The translations under genes were made by a program, and so were the position numbers. 64,000 nucleotides of DNA, from contig CBFIGY010000007.1 in NCBI GenBank assembly GCA_965662235.1, forward strand, positions 32,001 through 96,000, read 5' to 3'. Positions within the stretch are counted from its first letter, which is position 1. Every line of letters starts with the position of its first letter. The notes under the pieces were generated by a model. That model ran no database searches and was not told where the DNA came from. It worked only from the letters and a program-made list of their open reading frames with translations. Below are positions 39,168 through 49,705 of the stretch, in pieces. Source of the DNA: an uncultured bacterium. Lineage in GTDB: Bacteria > SAR324 > NAC60-12.

Positions 39168-40151
39168 TCAGTCAGGGAGCCCGGTTGCGATGATGGTGAC
39201 CGAAACCTGGTCGTCCGGAGTGCTGATGAAGGACGCGCCCCAGATCAGGTCCACGTCTTCGTCTGCCATTTCCTCGACCATGCTCATGGCTTCGTTGATT
39301 TCGTAAGCGCTGGTGTCCTGCGGACCGACCACGTGCACCAGGATGCCCTTGGCGCCCCGGATGTCCTCGTCCTCCATGAGGGAGCTGTTGAGGGCGTTCA
39401 GGACGGCACGGCGGGTGCGGTCCTGTCCGGTGGCCACGCCTTTGCCAATGATGGCCTTGCCCATGCCCTGCATGATGGTCTGGACGTCCGCAAAGTCAAC
39501 GTTGATGTCACCGACGCCGTTGAGGAGGTCCGTGATGCCCTGAATGGCATTGATGAGGACGAGGTCCACCATGTGGAAGGCTTCCAGCAGGCTGGTGGTC
39601 TGGGTGCTCGCATTGTAGAGCTTGTCGTTGGGAATGACCAGCAGGGTATCGGTGTGCTTGCGCAACTCGGTGACGCCTTCCAGAGCCACCCGCATCCGCC
39701 GCCGTCCTTCAAAGGAGAAGGGCAGGGTCACCACGCCAACGGTGAGCACCTCCATTTCGCGGGCAACTTGGGCAATCACTGGCGCCGCACCGGTTCCGGT
39801 TCCGCCTCCCATGCCTGCCGCAATGAAGGCCATGTTGGCGCCCTCTAGGGCCTGACGGATCTGAGGCAGGTTTTCCTCAGCAGCCTGTCCCCCCACGTCC
39901 GGGAGGGCTCCGGCGCCCAGGCCTCGGGTCCGCTCCTGACCCAGCTCAATCTTCAGGTCCGCCTTGTTGCGATTCAGGGCCTTGAGGTCGGTGTTGCAGA
40001 TGATCAGATCGACCTGCCGGACCCCTTCCTCCACCATCTTGGTGATGACGTTGCCCCCCGCTCCGCCGGCTCCAAAAACCTTGATGCGGGCGGAGAAGGC
40101 GTCTTGGACAGACACAAACGCGGGATTTCGGGAGGAGTCGTTTTCCATCAT
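39168..40151 (-). CDS. ftsZ: FtsZ GTPase lacking the C-terminal tail
   Basis: GAGGAGGN, NTD, GLGAGA, GMGGGTGTG, PFSFEG, INVDFADV; ends IIATGLPD-stop. Confidence 0.9.
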   Translation of the reverse strand: MMENDSSRNPAFVSVQDAFSARIKVFGAGGAGGNVITKMVEEGVRQVDLIICNTDLKALNRNKADLKIELGQERTRGLGAGALPDVGGQAAEENLPQIRQALEGANMAFIAAGMGGGTGTGAAPVIAQVAREMEVLTVGVVTLPFSFEGRRRMRVALEGVTELRKHTDTLLVIPNDKLYNASTQTTSLLEAFHMVDLVLINAIQGITDLLNGVGDINVDFADVQTIMQGMGKAIIGKGVATGQDRTRRAVLNALNSSLMEDEDIRGAKGILVHVVGPQDTSAYEINEAMSMVEEMADEDVDLIWGASFISTPDDQVSVTIIATGLPD

Positions 40152-40329
40152 CAAGGGCTGGGTTAATGGCGTGTCGACCTGCTGAAACAACGTGATCCGG
40201 GGATGGAAAATCGCTGTGGGACGCAGGAGGTTTTGCAGGTCCAATGGCGGTGCCGGTTTTTTTGGAGACACCCCTCGATTTAATGCCATGGGCCTGCCAA
40301 AGAGTCAAACTGCATTCTACCGACTTCGC

Positions 40330-40358
40330 TTGACTCGCCAGGCGGATTTCCCTAGAAT
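40330..40358 (+). promoter_or_regulatory. Candidate sigma70 promoter for secA
   Basis: TTGACT-N17-TAGAAT. Confidence 0.6.
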
Positions 40359-40481
40359 TTAAGCTTTTGAATCCGTATCCCAATTCCTCGCTGGCCCTTG
40401 ACGACCTCCGGGCTCAGCAGGCTTCCCAGACGGGCCGCCCTTCCTCTCAAAATCAGACCGCGCCCACGCGAATCCATCCCG

Positions 40482-43193
40482 ATGATCAAGACCTTTTCTC
40501 AGCTTTTTGGTAACGAGAACCAAAGAACCCTCAAGCGCTACCGCAAGATGGTGGAGCGCATCAACGCGCTGGAACCGGACATCCGCTCGCTGGCCGATGA
40601 GGATTTTCCCAAGAAAACGCAGGAATTCCGGCAGCGTTACGAGGAGGGCACGTCGTTGGATGACTTGCTCCCGGAAGCCTTTGCGGTGGTCCGAGAGGCT
40701 GCGCAGCGGGTGATTGGCGAGCGGCACTACGACGTCCAGCTCATCGGGGGCATTGCCCTGCACGAGGGCAACATTGCCGAAATGGCGACTGGTGAGGGGA
40801 AAACGCTGTCGTCCACGTCTCCGGTGTACCTCAACGCGGTCTCAGGGAAGGGCGTCCACATCATCACCCCCAACGACTACCTCGCCAAGCGGGACAGTCA
40901 GTGGATGGGGCAGATCTACCGCTTCCTCGGACTTTCCGTCGGACTGATCCAGCACGGGATGTACGACGAACTCCGCCGAGAGGCCTACCGGGCAGACATC
41001 ACCTACGGCACCAACAACGAATTCGGCTTCGACTACCTCCGGGACAACATGAAGTTTTCGCTGGACGACTACGTGCAGCGAGAGTTCAACTTTGCTGTGG
41101 TCGACGAGGTTGACTCAATCCTCATCGACGAAGCCCGGACGCCGCTGATCATCAGCGGTCCAAGCGAAGGCAGCATCGACCTTTACTATGAAATGAACGG
41201 CATGGTCCATGGACTGAGCCGCGAGATCCGCAAGGAAGAGGTCGGCAAGCTGCCTCCGGAGCAGATGCACCACATTGCTGAAAACTGGCAGGAGCTGGAA
41301 GACCACGACGTCGTCCGGACCGGGGATTACTCCCTTGATGAGAAAGCCCGGAGCATCTCCCTCACGGAGCAGGGCTCCGAGATGGTGGAAGGCCGCCTTG
41401 GGGAACGCCTGAAAGACGGCACCAGCCTGTTCGATTATGAAAACATTGAGCTGCTTCACCACATCAACCAGGCCCTGAAGGCTCACTACCTCTTCAAGCG
41501 TGACGTTCACTACGTGGTGCAAGAGGGGAAGGTGGTGATCGTGGATGAGTTCACCGGACGGCTGATGCCCGGAAGGCGCTTCAGCGATGGTCTCCACCAA
41601 GCCCTTGAAGCCAAGGAAGGTGTAGCCATTGAGAAGGAAAACCAGACCCTGGCGACCATCACCTTCCAGAACTACTTCCGTCTTTACAGCAAGCTTTCCG
41701 GGATGACGGGAACGGCGGAGACCGAGAAGGACGAGTTCAAGAAGATCTACAACCTCGGCGTGGTGGTCATCCCAACGAACAAGCCGGTCGTCCGGAAGGA
41801 CCATGCCGACGTCATCTACAAAACCGTTGCTGCCAAGTACCGGGCGGTGGCGGCCAAGGTGGTGGAGCTGCATGGAGCAGGGCAGCCAGTACTCGTCGGA
41901 ACCGTCTCCATTGAGGTGTCAGAGGCCATTTCGAAGATGCTCAAGCAGGCCAGCGTTCCGCATGAGGTCCTCAACGCCAAGCACCATGAACGGGAGGCTG
42001 AAATCATTTCGGCTGCAGGTCAGTACAAAGCCGTCACGATTGCCACCAACATGGCGGGTCGCGGAACCGACATCAAGCCCTCTCCGGAGGCAATGGACGC
42101 CGGAGGTCTTTTTGTGCTGGGCACCGGACGGCACGACAGTCGCCGCATTGACAATCAGCTCCGCGGTCGTTCCGGACGTCAAGGGGATCCGGGGGCGTCG
42201 CAGTTCATGCTGTCGTTGGAAGACGACCTCCTCCGCGTCTTTGGTGGGGAGCGGATCTCCAAGCTCATGGACAAGCTCAACATTGAGGAGGATGAGCCCA
42301 TTGAGCACGTCTTCATCACCAAGGCCATCAGCAACGCTCAGAAGAAGGTGGAGGGCTACCACTTCGACATGCGGAAGCATGTTCTGGAGTACGATGACGT
42401 CATGGAGAAGCAACGCTCCATCATCTACAACCGCCGTCGCGAGATCCTCGGAGGAGAGCTGGAGGGCCTGATGCTTGAGATGTGCGACGAGGTGGTGGAC
42501 CAGCTCTTTGACCAGTTCTGTGAAGAGCGGCACATCGACCAGTGGGACGTCCAGGGCTTCAACCGGGCGTTTACGGAAGTCTTTGGCGCCCTCAAGGATG
42601 AGCAGTGGTATGAGCAGGAGCTGAAGCCGGAAGACCTCCGGGCCAGCCTCTACACGCAGGTGGAGGCGCTGTTCCGGGAAAAGGTGGACTACTTCCGTCA
42701 GGTGGTGGAACTCAACTTTGCCCCTGTGGAAGGAGACGAGCAGGCCCGTAAGGAGTCGTTTGAGCGCATGGTGCTCGACCTGCAGCGGCAGGTGCTGCTC
42801 CGGGCCAATGATCAGCTCTGGAAGGATCACCTGCTCTCCATGGACCACCTCCGGGAAGGCATCGGTCTGGTTGGGTACGCCCAGAAGAAGCCGCTGGACG
42901 AGTACAAGCGCCGCGCGTTTGAGATGTTCTCTGACCTCATGAGCCGCATCAGTCACGAGGCCATCAGCACCTTCTTCAAGCTCCGGATCGCCCACCCCGT
43001 CAGTGAACCCGCCCCTCCGCCTCCGCCCCAGGAAATGGAGTACCAGCACGCCTCCGTGGAGCCGGAGCCGCCCAAGCCCAAACCCAAGCCGGTTGTCCCG
43101 CCTGCCCGGAAATACGTGAACGTGGGACGCAACGACCCCTGCCCCTGTGGCAGCGGGAAGAAGTTCAAGAAGTGCCACGGCCTCCATAACTGA
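40482..43193 (+). CDS. secA: Preprotein translocase ATPase SecA
   Basis: [48 protein letters not shown] motif [18 protein letters not shown]. Confidence 0.98.
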   Translation: MIKTFSQLFGNENQRTLKRYRKMVERINALEPDIRSLADEDFPKKTQEFRQRYEEGTSLDDLLPEAFAVVREAAQRVIGERHYDVQLIGGIALHEGNIAEMATGEGKTLSSTSPVYLNAVSGKGVHIITPNDYLAKRDSQWMGQIYRFLGLSVGLIQHGMYDELRREAYRADITYGTNNEFGFDYLRDNMKFSLDDYVQREFNFAVVDEVDSILIDEARTPLIISGPSEGSIDLYYEMNGMVHGLSREIRKEEVGKLPPEQMHHIAENWQELEDHDVVRTGDYSLDEKARSISLTEQGSEMVEGRLGERLKDGTSLFDYENIELLHHINQALKAHYLFKRDVHYVVQEGKVVIVDEFTGRLMPGRRFSDGLHQALEAKEGVAIEKENQTLATITFQNYFRLYSKLSGMTGTAETEKDEFKKIYNLGVVVIPTNKPVVRKDHADVIYKTVAAKYRAVAAKVVELHGAGQPVLVGTVSIEVSEAISKMLKQASVPHEVLNAKHHEREAEIISAAGQYKAVTIATNMAGRGTDIKPSPEAMDAGGLFVLGTGRHDSRRIDNQLRGRSGRQGDPGASQFMLSLEDDLLRVFGGERISKLMDKLNIEEDEPIEHVFITKAISNAQKKVEGYHFDMRKHVLEYDDVMEKQRSIIYNRRREILGGELEGLMLEMCDEVVDQLFDQFCEERHIDQWDVQGFNRAFTEVFGALKDEQWYEQELKPEDLRASLYTQVEALFREKVDYFRQVVELNFAPVEGDEQARKESFERMVLDLQRQVLLRANDQLWKDHLLSMDHLREGIGLVGYAQKKPLDEYKRRAFEMFSDLMSRISHEAISTFFKLRIAHPVSEPAPPPPPQEMEYQHASVEPEPPKPKPKPVVPPARKYVNVGRNDPCPCGSGKKFKKCHGLHN

Positions 43194-43214
43194 TTGCGAT
43201 TGGTGAAGAAACCC

Positions 43215-43421
43215 ATGGAAAATCTGGTTCAAGATCTCACCACCCGTTCCAAGCGGGTGCTGGAAATGGTACGGTACAACCGTCCGGCACAGTTGGGCGC
43301 CCTAGGTGTGTACCTGCTGCTCTGGTTCCTTTTCTCCACTGGACTGACCACGTTGTGGGTGGCCGTGGGAGCCGGGCTGGGGTGGCTTGTGGGACAGAGC
43401 CACAAGCCCGAGCAGGACTGA
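43215..43421 (+). CDS. Small hypothetical membrane protein
   Basis: 68 aa with two hydrophobic segments; fills the secA-rlmH gap. Confidence 0.55.
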   Translation: MENLVQDLTTRSKRVLEMVRYNRPAQLGALGVYLLLWFLFSTGLTTLWVAVGAGLGWLVGQSHKPEQD

Positions 43422-43433
43422 TCCGGGCCTCTG

Positions 43434-43898
43434 GTGTTTCGCCTGCGTCTGCTTTGGGTCGGCAAGACCCAAGAAGCCTACCTAGAGCAGGGGATGCAGG
43501 GGTACCTGAAGCGTCTCAAGGCTTATGCTCCGGTGGAATGTGAGGCCGTGAAGCCTTCGTCGTCCACCCATCCGGACCAGCGTCAGCAGGAAGAAACCGA
43601 ACGCCTTCTGAAGAAGCTGGATGCCGGACAACCCTGTGTGGTGCTCGATGAGCGAGGGGAGCGTCAGACCTCCCAGGCCTTGGCTCAGTGGCTGGAGCAG
43701 CAACTGCCACAGGGCTGGAGCCGCCTGACCTTTGTGATCGGAGGCTCACACGGCTTTGTCCGCGACGCCTTCCCGCCCCACGTCCGCTGGCTCCGCCTCT
43801 CGGACCTGACCCTCAACCATCAGATGATCCGCCTGGTGCTGCTGGAGCAGCTCTACCGGGCCTTCACCATCATCCGCGGCGAACCTTACCATCACTGA
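43434..43898 (+). CDS. rlmH: 23S rRNA pseudouridine-1915 N3-methyltransferase
   Basis: VGK, LDERG, FVIGGSHG, LSDLTLNHQMIRLVLLEQLYRAFTIIRGEPYHH. Confidence 0.95.
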   Translation: MFRLRLLWVGKTQEAYLEQGMQGYLKRLKAYAPVECEAVKPSSSTHPDQRQQEETERLLKKLDAGQPCVVLDERGERQTSQALAQWLEQQLPQGWSRLTFVIGGSHGFVRDAFPPHVRWLRLSDLTLNHQMIRLVLLEQLYRAFTIIRGEPYHH

Positions 43899-43901
43899 CC
43901 C

Positions 43902-44642
43902 ATGAGACGCATTACTTGGCTGGCGATTGCCCTGTTCCTCCTGACTCTGTTTGGCTACTTCGCGTGGCTCAACAACCAAAACGTCACCATCAGCCTCTTT
44001 GGCACCTTTACGGTGCAGTTCTCCCTGTGGAGCACGATGCTTGGGTGTCTGGTGCTGGGCGCTGCGCTGACGGAGCTGCGGCTGCTCTTCAAGCATCCGG
44101 ACCGCATCATGATGCGTCTCAAGCAGCGTTGGCAGGACCGGAAGCACGCCCGGGCCGAGGTCCGGCGACAGGACTTTGAAGCCGCGTGCTTGCTCCGGGA
44201 CCCAGAGGGCGCTCAGCAGGCCTTTCGGAAGATCCCTGGCGCTTCCGACGATCCGAAGCTCCAGGTGCAGCTGCTGACGGTGCTCGAAGACCGGTTGGAC
44301 GGACAGGCGCTGATGAAGAGCTTTGAAGAGCTGCGGTCCCGCTTCCCGGAGGCCTTGGGGGTGCTGCTGGCTCACCAGAAGCTGGCCATTGAGCGCGAGG
44401 AGTGGCTGCTTGTGGAGCAACTGGCCCGGGAAATTGAACGACTTGCCCCCGGACACCCCGGAGCCCTGGAAGGTCAAGTGGCCCTTGCTGCCAGCCGAGA
44501 AGACTGGAGCCGCTGCTTGGAGCTGGAGCAGCTGCTGCTCAAACGGCTCAGTGGCAGCCATGCCGCGTCTCGGTGGGCGCAGCAGCACCGGCAGCATCAG
44601 GATCAGGCGGAAGCGCCCGCGGCGCTCCGTGAGGTGAGTTGA
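43902..44642 (+). CDS. Membrane protein with LapA-like N-terminus and helical/TPR-like C-terminus
   Basis: TM-(LNNQNVTISLF)-TM pattern of LapA/DUF1049, then an amphipathic helical region. Confidence 0.55.
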   Translation: MRRITWLAIALFLLTLFGYFAWLNNQNVTISLFGTFTVQFSLWSTMLGCLVLGAALTELRLLFKHPDRIMMRLKQRWQDRKHARAEVRRQDFEAACLLRDPEGAQQAFRKIPGASDDPKLQVQLLTVLEDRLDGQALMKSFEELRSRFPEALGVLLAHQKLAIEREEWLLVEQLAREIERLAPGHPGALEGQVALAASREDWSRCLELEQLLLKRLSGSHAASRWAQQHRQHQDQAEAPAALREVS

Positions 44643-45406
44643 GCGAACATGAAGACGAGGCGTTGGTCCTCCGGGTGCTGGACTTCCGGGACCGGGACTG
44701 CATTCTCCATCTGCTGACCCGAGAGCGGGGACATAAGTCAGGAGTCCTCTTTGGGGCCAAAAGCCCGCGTTCTCGCAACCGTGCTGTGGCAGAGCCCTTT
44801 GTGCGGGCCCGGGTGCATTACTCGGAGCGGCATGCGCATGAGATGGTCAAGTTCCGGAGCCTGGAACTGATCTCCAGCCAAGGGACGCTGCGGCAGAACT
44901 ATGCTCGGTTGCTGCATGCCAGTTACCTGGCAGAACTCCTCCTGTTGCTGGAAATCCCGGAGCCCGATGCGCCGGTGCTGTTTCAGTGGCTGGAGCAGCA
45001 CTGGCACGCCTTGGGGGCAGGGAAGGCACCTGCCGAGGTGAAGCTTCAGGCGGAGGGACGCTTGCTTCAGCAGCTGGGGGTGCTTCCGGACTGGCAGCAC
45101 TGCTTGGAGTGTGACCGCTCGGTTCCCACGGTCGATGCTCCCGAGCCCATTGAGGTTCCGGACCTCCTGCATCAGGTGGACGCGGCTGAAGGGGGCGTCC
45201 GGTGCCCGCGTTGTGTTCGACGGCATCCGGCGGTGGCGGTGCTCTCTCCCGGGACCCTGCGCTGGCTCCAGAAGAAACCGTTTACCGACGCCTTGCCACC
45301 CGTGACCGCGTTGCAACTCCGGGAACTGCACCGGGCGCTGTTTCTGCTGCTCCGTGCTCAGCTTTCCCGAGAACCCAAGTCTCACGCGCTCTTGCCCCTG
45401 CCATGA
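44639..45406 (+). CDS. recO: DNA repair protein RecO
   Basis: EALVLRVLDFRDRDCILHLLTRERG OB fold, GAKSPRSR, CxxC...CxxC zinc motif. Confidence 0.88.
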   Translation: MSEHEDEALVLRVLDFRDRDCILHLLTRERGHKSGVLFGAKSPRSRNRAVAEPFVRARVHYSERHAHEMVKFRSLELISSQGTLRQNYARLLHASYLAELLLLLEIPEPDAPVLFQWLEQHWHALGAGKAPAEVKLQAEGRLLQQLGVLPDWQHCLECDRSVPTVDAPEPIEVPDLLHQVDAAEGGVRCPRCVRRHPAVAVLSPGTLRWLQKKPFTDALPPVTALQLRELHRALFLLLRAQLSREPKSHALLPLP

Positions 45407-46296
45407 CCTTCCCCCTGCCCTTTGATGGCAAACCGCACCGCTGGACCATGGGCCTCCGGACCCTGGATCCGTCGACTTGGTTTTTGCTGGATGAGCACTA
45501 TGAAACGGAACTGGCAGAGCGCCGGCGCTTGCTGACGGAGCAACGAGAAGCCGTTTTTCAGGTTCTTCCGGAAGCCGAAGCCGCTGGAAAGGAGGTGCTG
45601 GAACAGGTGCTTGCGTTTCTCACTGAACACCATCCCGCGTCATTCAGCTGGGACGGAACCTGCTTTCAGAACCACCGGACCGGAGAAGAGTGGGACCTGC
45701 AGCACCCCACGCAGGCGCCTCTGGAGCTGGCCGGACGGCTGGTGCAAGAGGACCTGTGTGTGATGCAGCCTCATGCTGATTCAGGCGAGTACCACCTGAC
45801 GGCAGCCTGCCTCTGCTTCCCAACGCGTTGGCGTTTGGCAGAAAAGCTGGGGCAACCGATGTCTGTGATTCATGGACCGGTGCCCGGGTATGCCGAACAG
45901 CTCAATGCGCCGGTGAATCGATTTTTGGAACGCCTGACTCCGGAACGCTCCCTGTGGCGCTACAACTGGAGCCTGAACGAGGATCCAACGCTGTTTCAGC
46001 CCGGGACGTCAGAAACGTCAGGGACCGATCCGGCCCTCACGGCAGAAAATGCTGGGGAGCAGGTGTGGGTTCGTGTGGAGCGGCAGACCCTCCGGAGGCT
46101 CCCACGTACCCAAGCGGTGCTGTTCACCATCCGGATTCTGCAGCAGCCGGTGAGTCAGCTGAATTCGGAAGACGCCGGGCGCTTGGCGCAGACCCTCCGG
46201 CAGTGGCCAGAGGAGCTCCGTGCCTATAAGTCGTTTGACGTCTATGGCGATGCGATGCTGGCGTACTTGGACCAACAGTCCGGGCATCCGGCTTGA
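45403..46296 (+). CDS. DUF3445 / heme-dependent oxidative N-demethylase alpha-subunit family protein
   Basis: MGLRTL, VQEDLCVM, CFPTRWRLAEKLG, IHGPVP, RYNWS, RVERQTLRRLP, LFTIR. Confidence 0.85.
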   Translation: MTFPLPFDGKPHRWTMGLRTLDPSTWFLLDEHYETELAERRRLLTEQREAVFQVLPEAEAAGKEVLEQVLAFLTEHHPASFSWDGTCFQNHRTGEEWDLQHPTQAPLELAGRLVQEDLCVMQPHADSGEYHLTAACLCFPTRWRLAEKLGQPMSVIHGPVPGYAEQLNAPVNRFLERLTPERSLWRYNWSLNEDPTLFQPGTSETSGTDPALTAENAGEQVWVRVERQTLRRLPRTQAVLFTIRILQQPVSQLNSEDAGRLAQTLRQWPEELRAYKSFDVYGDAMLAYLDQQSGHPA

Positions 46297-46341
46297 CGAT
46301 TCGGGAGAGCTGGGAAATTCTGAGGAAAGCAATCGGGGGGC

Positions 46342-46415
46342 TGGAGGTGACGAGCGGACTTGAACCGCTGTACGAGGTTTTGCAGACCTCTGCCTAACCA
46401 CTCGGCCACGTCACC
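46342..46415 (-). tRNA. tRNA-Cys (GCA)
   Basis: Reverse complement GGTGACGTGGCCGAGTGGTTAGGCAGAGGTCTGCAAAACCTCGTACAGCGGTTCAAGTCCGCTCGTCACCTCCA folds as a cloverleaf; anticodon GCA; CCA encoded. Confidence 0.97.
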
Positions 46416-46426
46416 TTAGCCTTCAA

Positions 46427-46455
46427 ATCCTATTGGCCTTCGGCTGGAGGGTCAA
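46427..46455 (-). promoter_or_regulatory. Candidate sigma70 promoter for tRNA-Cys
   Basis: Minus strand TTGACC-N17-TAGGAT, 11 nt upstream of the tRNA. Confidence 0.6.
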
Positions 46456-46476
46456 GTGTAAAGACGAGACGGACGG

Positions 46477-47853
46477 ATGATTCGTAAGGAACTGCTGGAA
46501 GAAGCTTTGGACTGGGCGGCCCTTCATGGGGTGCTGCGGATGCGTCCGGATGGCGTGTTGACTCATGCGCCCTTCACCCTCACTCCAGCCTCCATCAGTG
46601 ACGACTGGCTGACCGAACTGAAGGCGCTGACCGATCCGTTTCAGCAGCTCATGGTCGGCGTTGCTGCGGATGTTGGGTTCCTCCGGGAGCACCTGGAGCC
46701 CTCTGCTCAGACCGACCCCTTCCTCAAGCTCCTCCTCTCTTGGCTGCCGGAACGTCCGGTGCAACCGAAGCACCTGCTGCTGCAGCGGAACGACTTCTTC
46801 CTGGTGCCCGGAACCTTAGGACGCCTGCAGGCCCGGCAGGTGGAACTGAACACGATTTCTGCAAGCTTCCCATTCCTCGCAGGGCGGGTTCATGAGCTGC
46901 ATCAGCTGCTGCTTCGGCAGAATCCGTCGGCGTTGGTGCGACTGGTCCGGAACCATCCGCTGGAAGAAATGGCGGCGGCACTGGCGGAAGGCGTCCGGCA
47001 CTACGACCATCCGGAAGGGGTGGTGCTGATGGTGGTGCAGCCGAACGAAGGCAACCGGTTTGATCAACGGGGGCTGGAGGAACAGCTGCTTCAACGGCAC
47101 GGAGTGGTGACACTGCGACGGACCCTGGAGCAGGTGGCGGAAGAAGGAGAAATCCGAGAAGGGCACCTTTGGTTGGGCGCCCAGGTGGCCGCGGTGACGT
47201 ACTATCGTGCCGCGTATGCCCCTCAGGACCTAGCGTCTGAGGCCGCCCGGAAGGGGCGCGAGCGACTGGAAGCGTCGGCGACGATTCAGTGTCCCAGCCT
47301 GGCCATGCAACTGGCAGGAATGAAGAAGGTGCAGCAGGTGTTGGGACGTCCGGAGGTGCTGTCTCGGTTCCTGACGGAGGGAGTGGAAGCGGTGCAGTCG
47401 ACGTTTGCGGGACTGTATGCCCTTGATGAGGAAATTCAGTGGGAGGGGCGCTGGAGGAACGTTCGAGAAGTAGCCGCACAGCATCCGGACACGTTTGTCC
47501 TCAAGCCTCAGCGGGAAGGAGGCGGAAACAACTTCTTTGGCGCCGCGCTACCGGGTAAGCTCAAGGAGCTGACGCCCGAAGACACCCGTTCCTACATCCT
47601 CATGGAGCGGCTTCACCCGCAGCCGCACACCGCGACCCTTGTGGTGGAGCGTCAGGCAGAGACGCGTTCGTGTGTGAGCGAGTATGGTTTTTACGGAACC
47701 TGTTTGGCAGAAGGAACCACCCTTCACCGGAGCGAATTCGCCGGAACCCTTGTGCGGACCAAAGGGGCGACGGTGGATGAAGGAGGCGTGAGTGCCGGAT
47801 ACGCCTGCCTGAATTCCTTGATGCTGGAAGGCGAGTCGCACCAGAACCTCTGA
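46477..47853 (+). CDS. Eukaryote-type glutathione synthetase
   Basis: QVELNTISASF, NRFDQR, CPSLAMQLAGMKKVQQ, FAGLYALD, FVLKPQREGGGNN, YILMERL, RTK, GGVSAG. Confidence 0.9.
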   Translation: MIRKELLEEALDWAALHGVLRMRPDGVLTHAPFTLTPASISDDWLTELKALTDPFQQLMVGVAADVGFLREHLEPSAQTDPFLKLLLSWLPERPVQPKHLLLQRNDFFLVPGTLGRLQARQVELNTISASFPFLAGRVHELHQLLLRQNPSALVRLVRNHPLEEMAAALAEGVRHYDHPEGVVLMVVQPNEGNRFDQRGLEEQLLQRHGVVTLRRTLEQVAEEGEIREGHLWLGAQVAAVTYYRAAYAPQDLASEAARKGRERLEASATIQCPSLAMQLAGMKKVQQVLGRPEVLSRFLTEGVEAVQSTFAGLYALDEEIQWEGRWRNVREVAAQHPDTFVLKPQREGGGNNFFGAALPGKLKELTPEDTRSYILMERLHPQPHTATLVVERQAETRSCVSEYGFYGTCLAEGTTLHRSEFAGTLVRTKGATVDEGGVSAGYACLNSLMLEGESHQNL

Positions 47854-47951
47854 GGGCACGGAGCAAGGTTTTGTCCGAGGGACAGAAAGAAAGGGGCTTT
47901 GAGGAAAGAAGGGTGCGTTGTGAGGAAGGCCAGCTGCTGAAGCGTCTGAAA

Positions 47952-47971
47952 CGTGGTCCCGGAGGACCACG
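47952..47971 (-). terminator. Hairpin downstream of mreB, possible intrinsic terminator
   Basis: Perfect 8-bp stem CGTGGTCC/GGACCACG with a 4-nt loop, followed by only TTT on the minus strand. Confidence 0.45.
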
Positions 47972-47985
47972 CAGGCAGAATCCGC

Positions 47986-49035
<1,050 letters not shown>

Positions 49036-49629
49036 CTAAGCCGTAGGGGTTGTCTGACGCCACAATCATCAGTAAACTGCCTGAATTCGGCAAGTCTTTT
49101 CCCGAAAACGTTGCAAGATCCGTTCACCGGAGGGCTTTTGATGTCGCAACGACCGGAGGCTCGTTCTCACAAGCCCAACGGAGCACCGAGAACAGACCCT
49201 TTGAATTTTTGTCCAAAAGAGTGCCCATGACCCCCCGACACGTCCTGCTGGCAGTGCTGCTTGGCACCCTGTTGGCGTCCTTCACCTCGGTGCTGCTGAA
49301 CCTCTTCCTGCACCCCTGATTCTCCCCCTGTTTTCCTGCGCCTCTCTCCTGATCCACACTCCCTCGTTCTGACGACCTCGCTTCGGGACGAATCCTCCAC
49401 CTGAAGGGATGCGGTCGAGTTTGGTCGAACAACGGACCTGCGGTCGATTCTGGTGTATTTTGCTCAAAAACCACTCTCGCTTGGGCGATCTGTTTTTTCC
49501 GAAATTCCCTTTTTTCTGTCCTGTTTCAGGGAAAATTTACCTTTAATTCGGGTTTTTATGATTTTTTAGTTAATTTTATCAGTAGCTTGTTTTTATTTTT
49601 CTGATCGGAGGAATGTCCGGTGTTTGTGC

Positions 49630-49658
49630 TTGCCTGGGGGGAGACGCTGCACTAGCCT
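49630..49658 (+). promoter_or_regulatory. Candidate sigma70 promoter for the response regulator, downstream of a T-rich tract
   Basis: TTGCCT-N17-TAGCCT. Confidence 0.35.
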
Positions 49659-49705
49659 ATTGAGGACATGCACACCGCCACTTAAGGTCAAGCCTGAGCT
49701 CCATT

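Noticed and set aside
43005..43110. C-rich repetitive tract near the end of secA
   Set aside because: Encodes the Pro-rich linker before the SEC-C motif; not a DNA repeat element.
49320..49620. Replication origin at the AT-rich tract
   Set aside because: Only one imperfect DnaA-box-like 9-mer (TGATCCACA near 49350) and no dnaA, gidA or parAB context.
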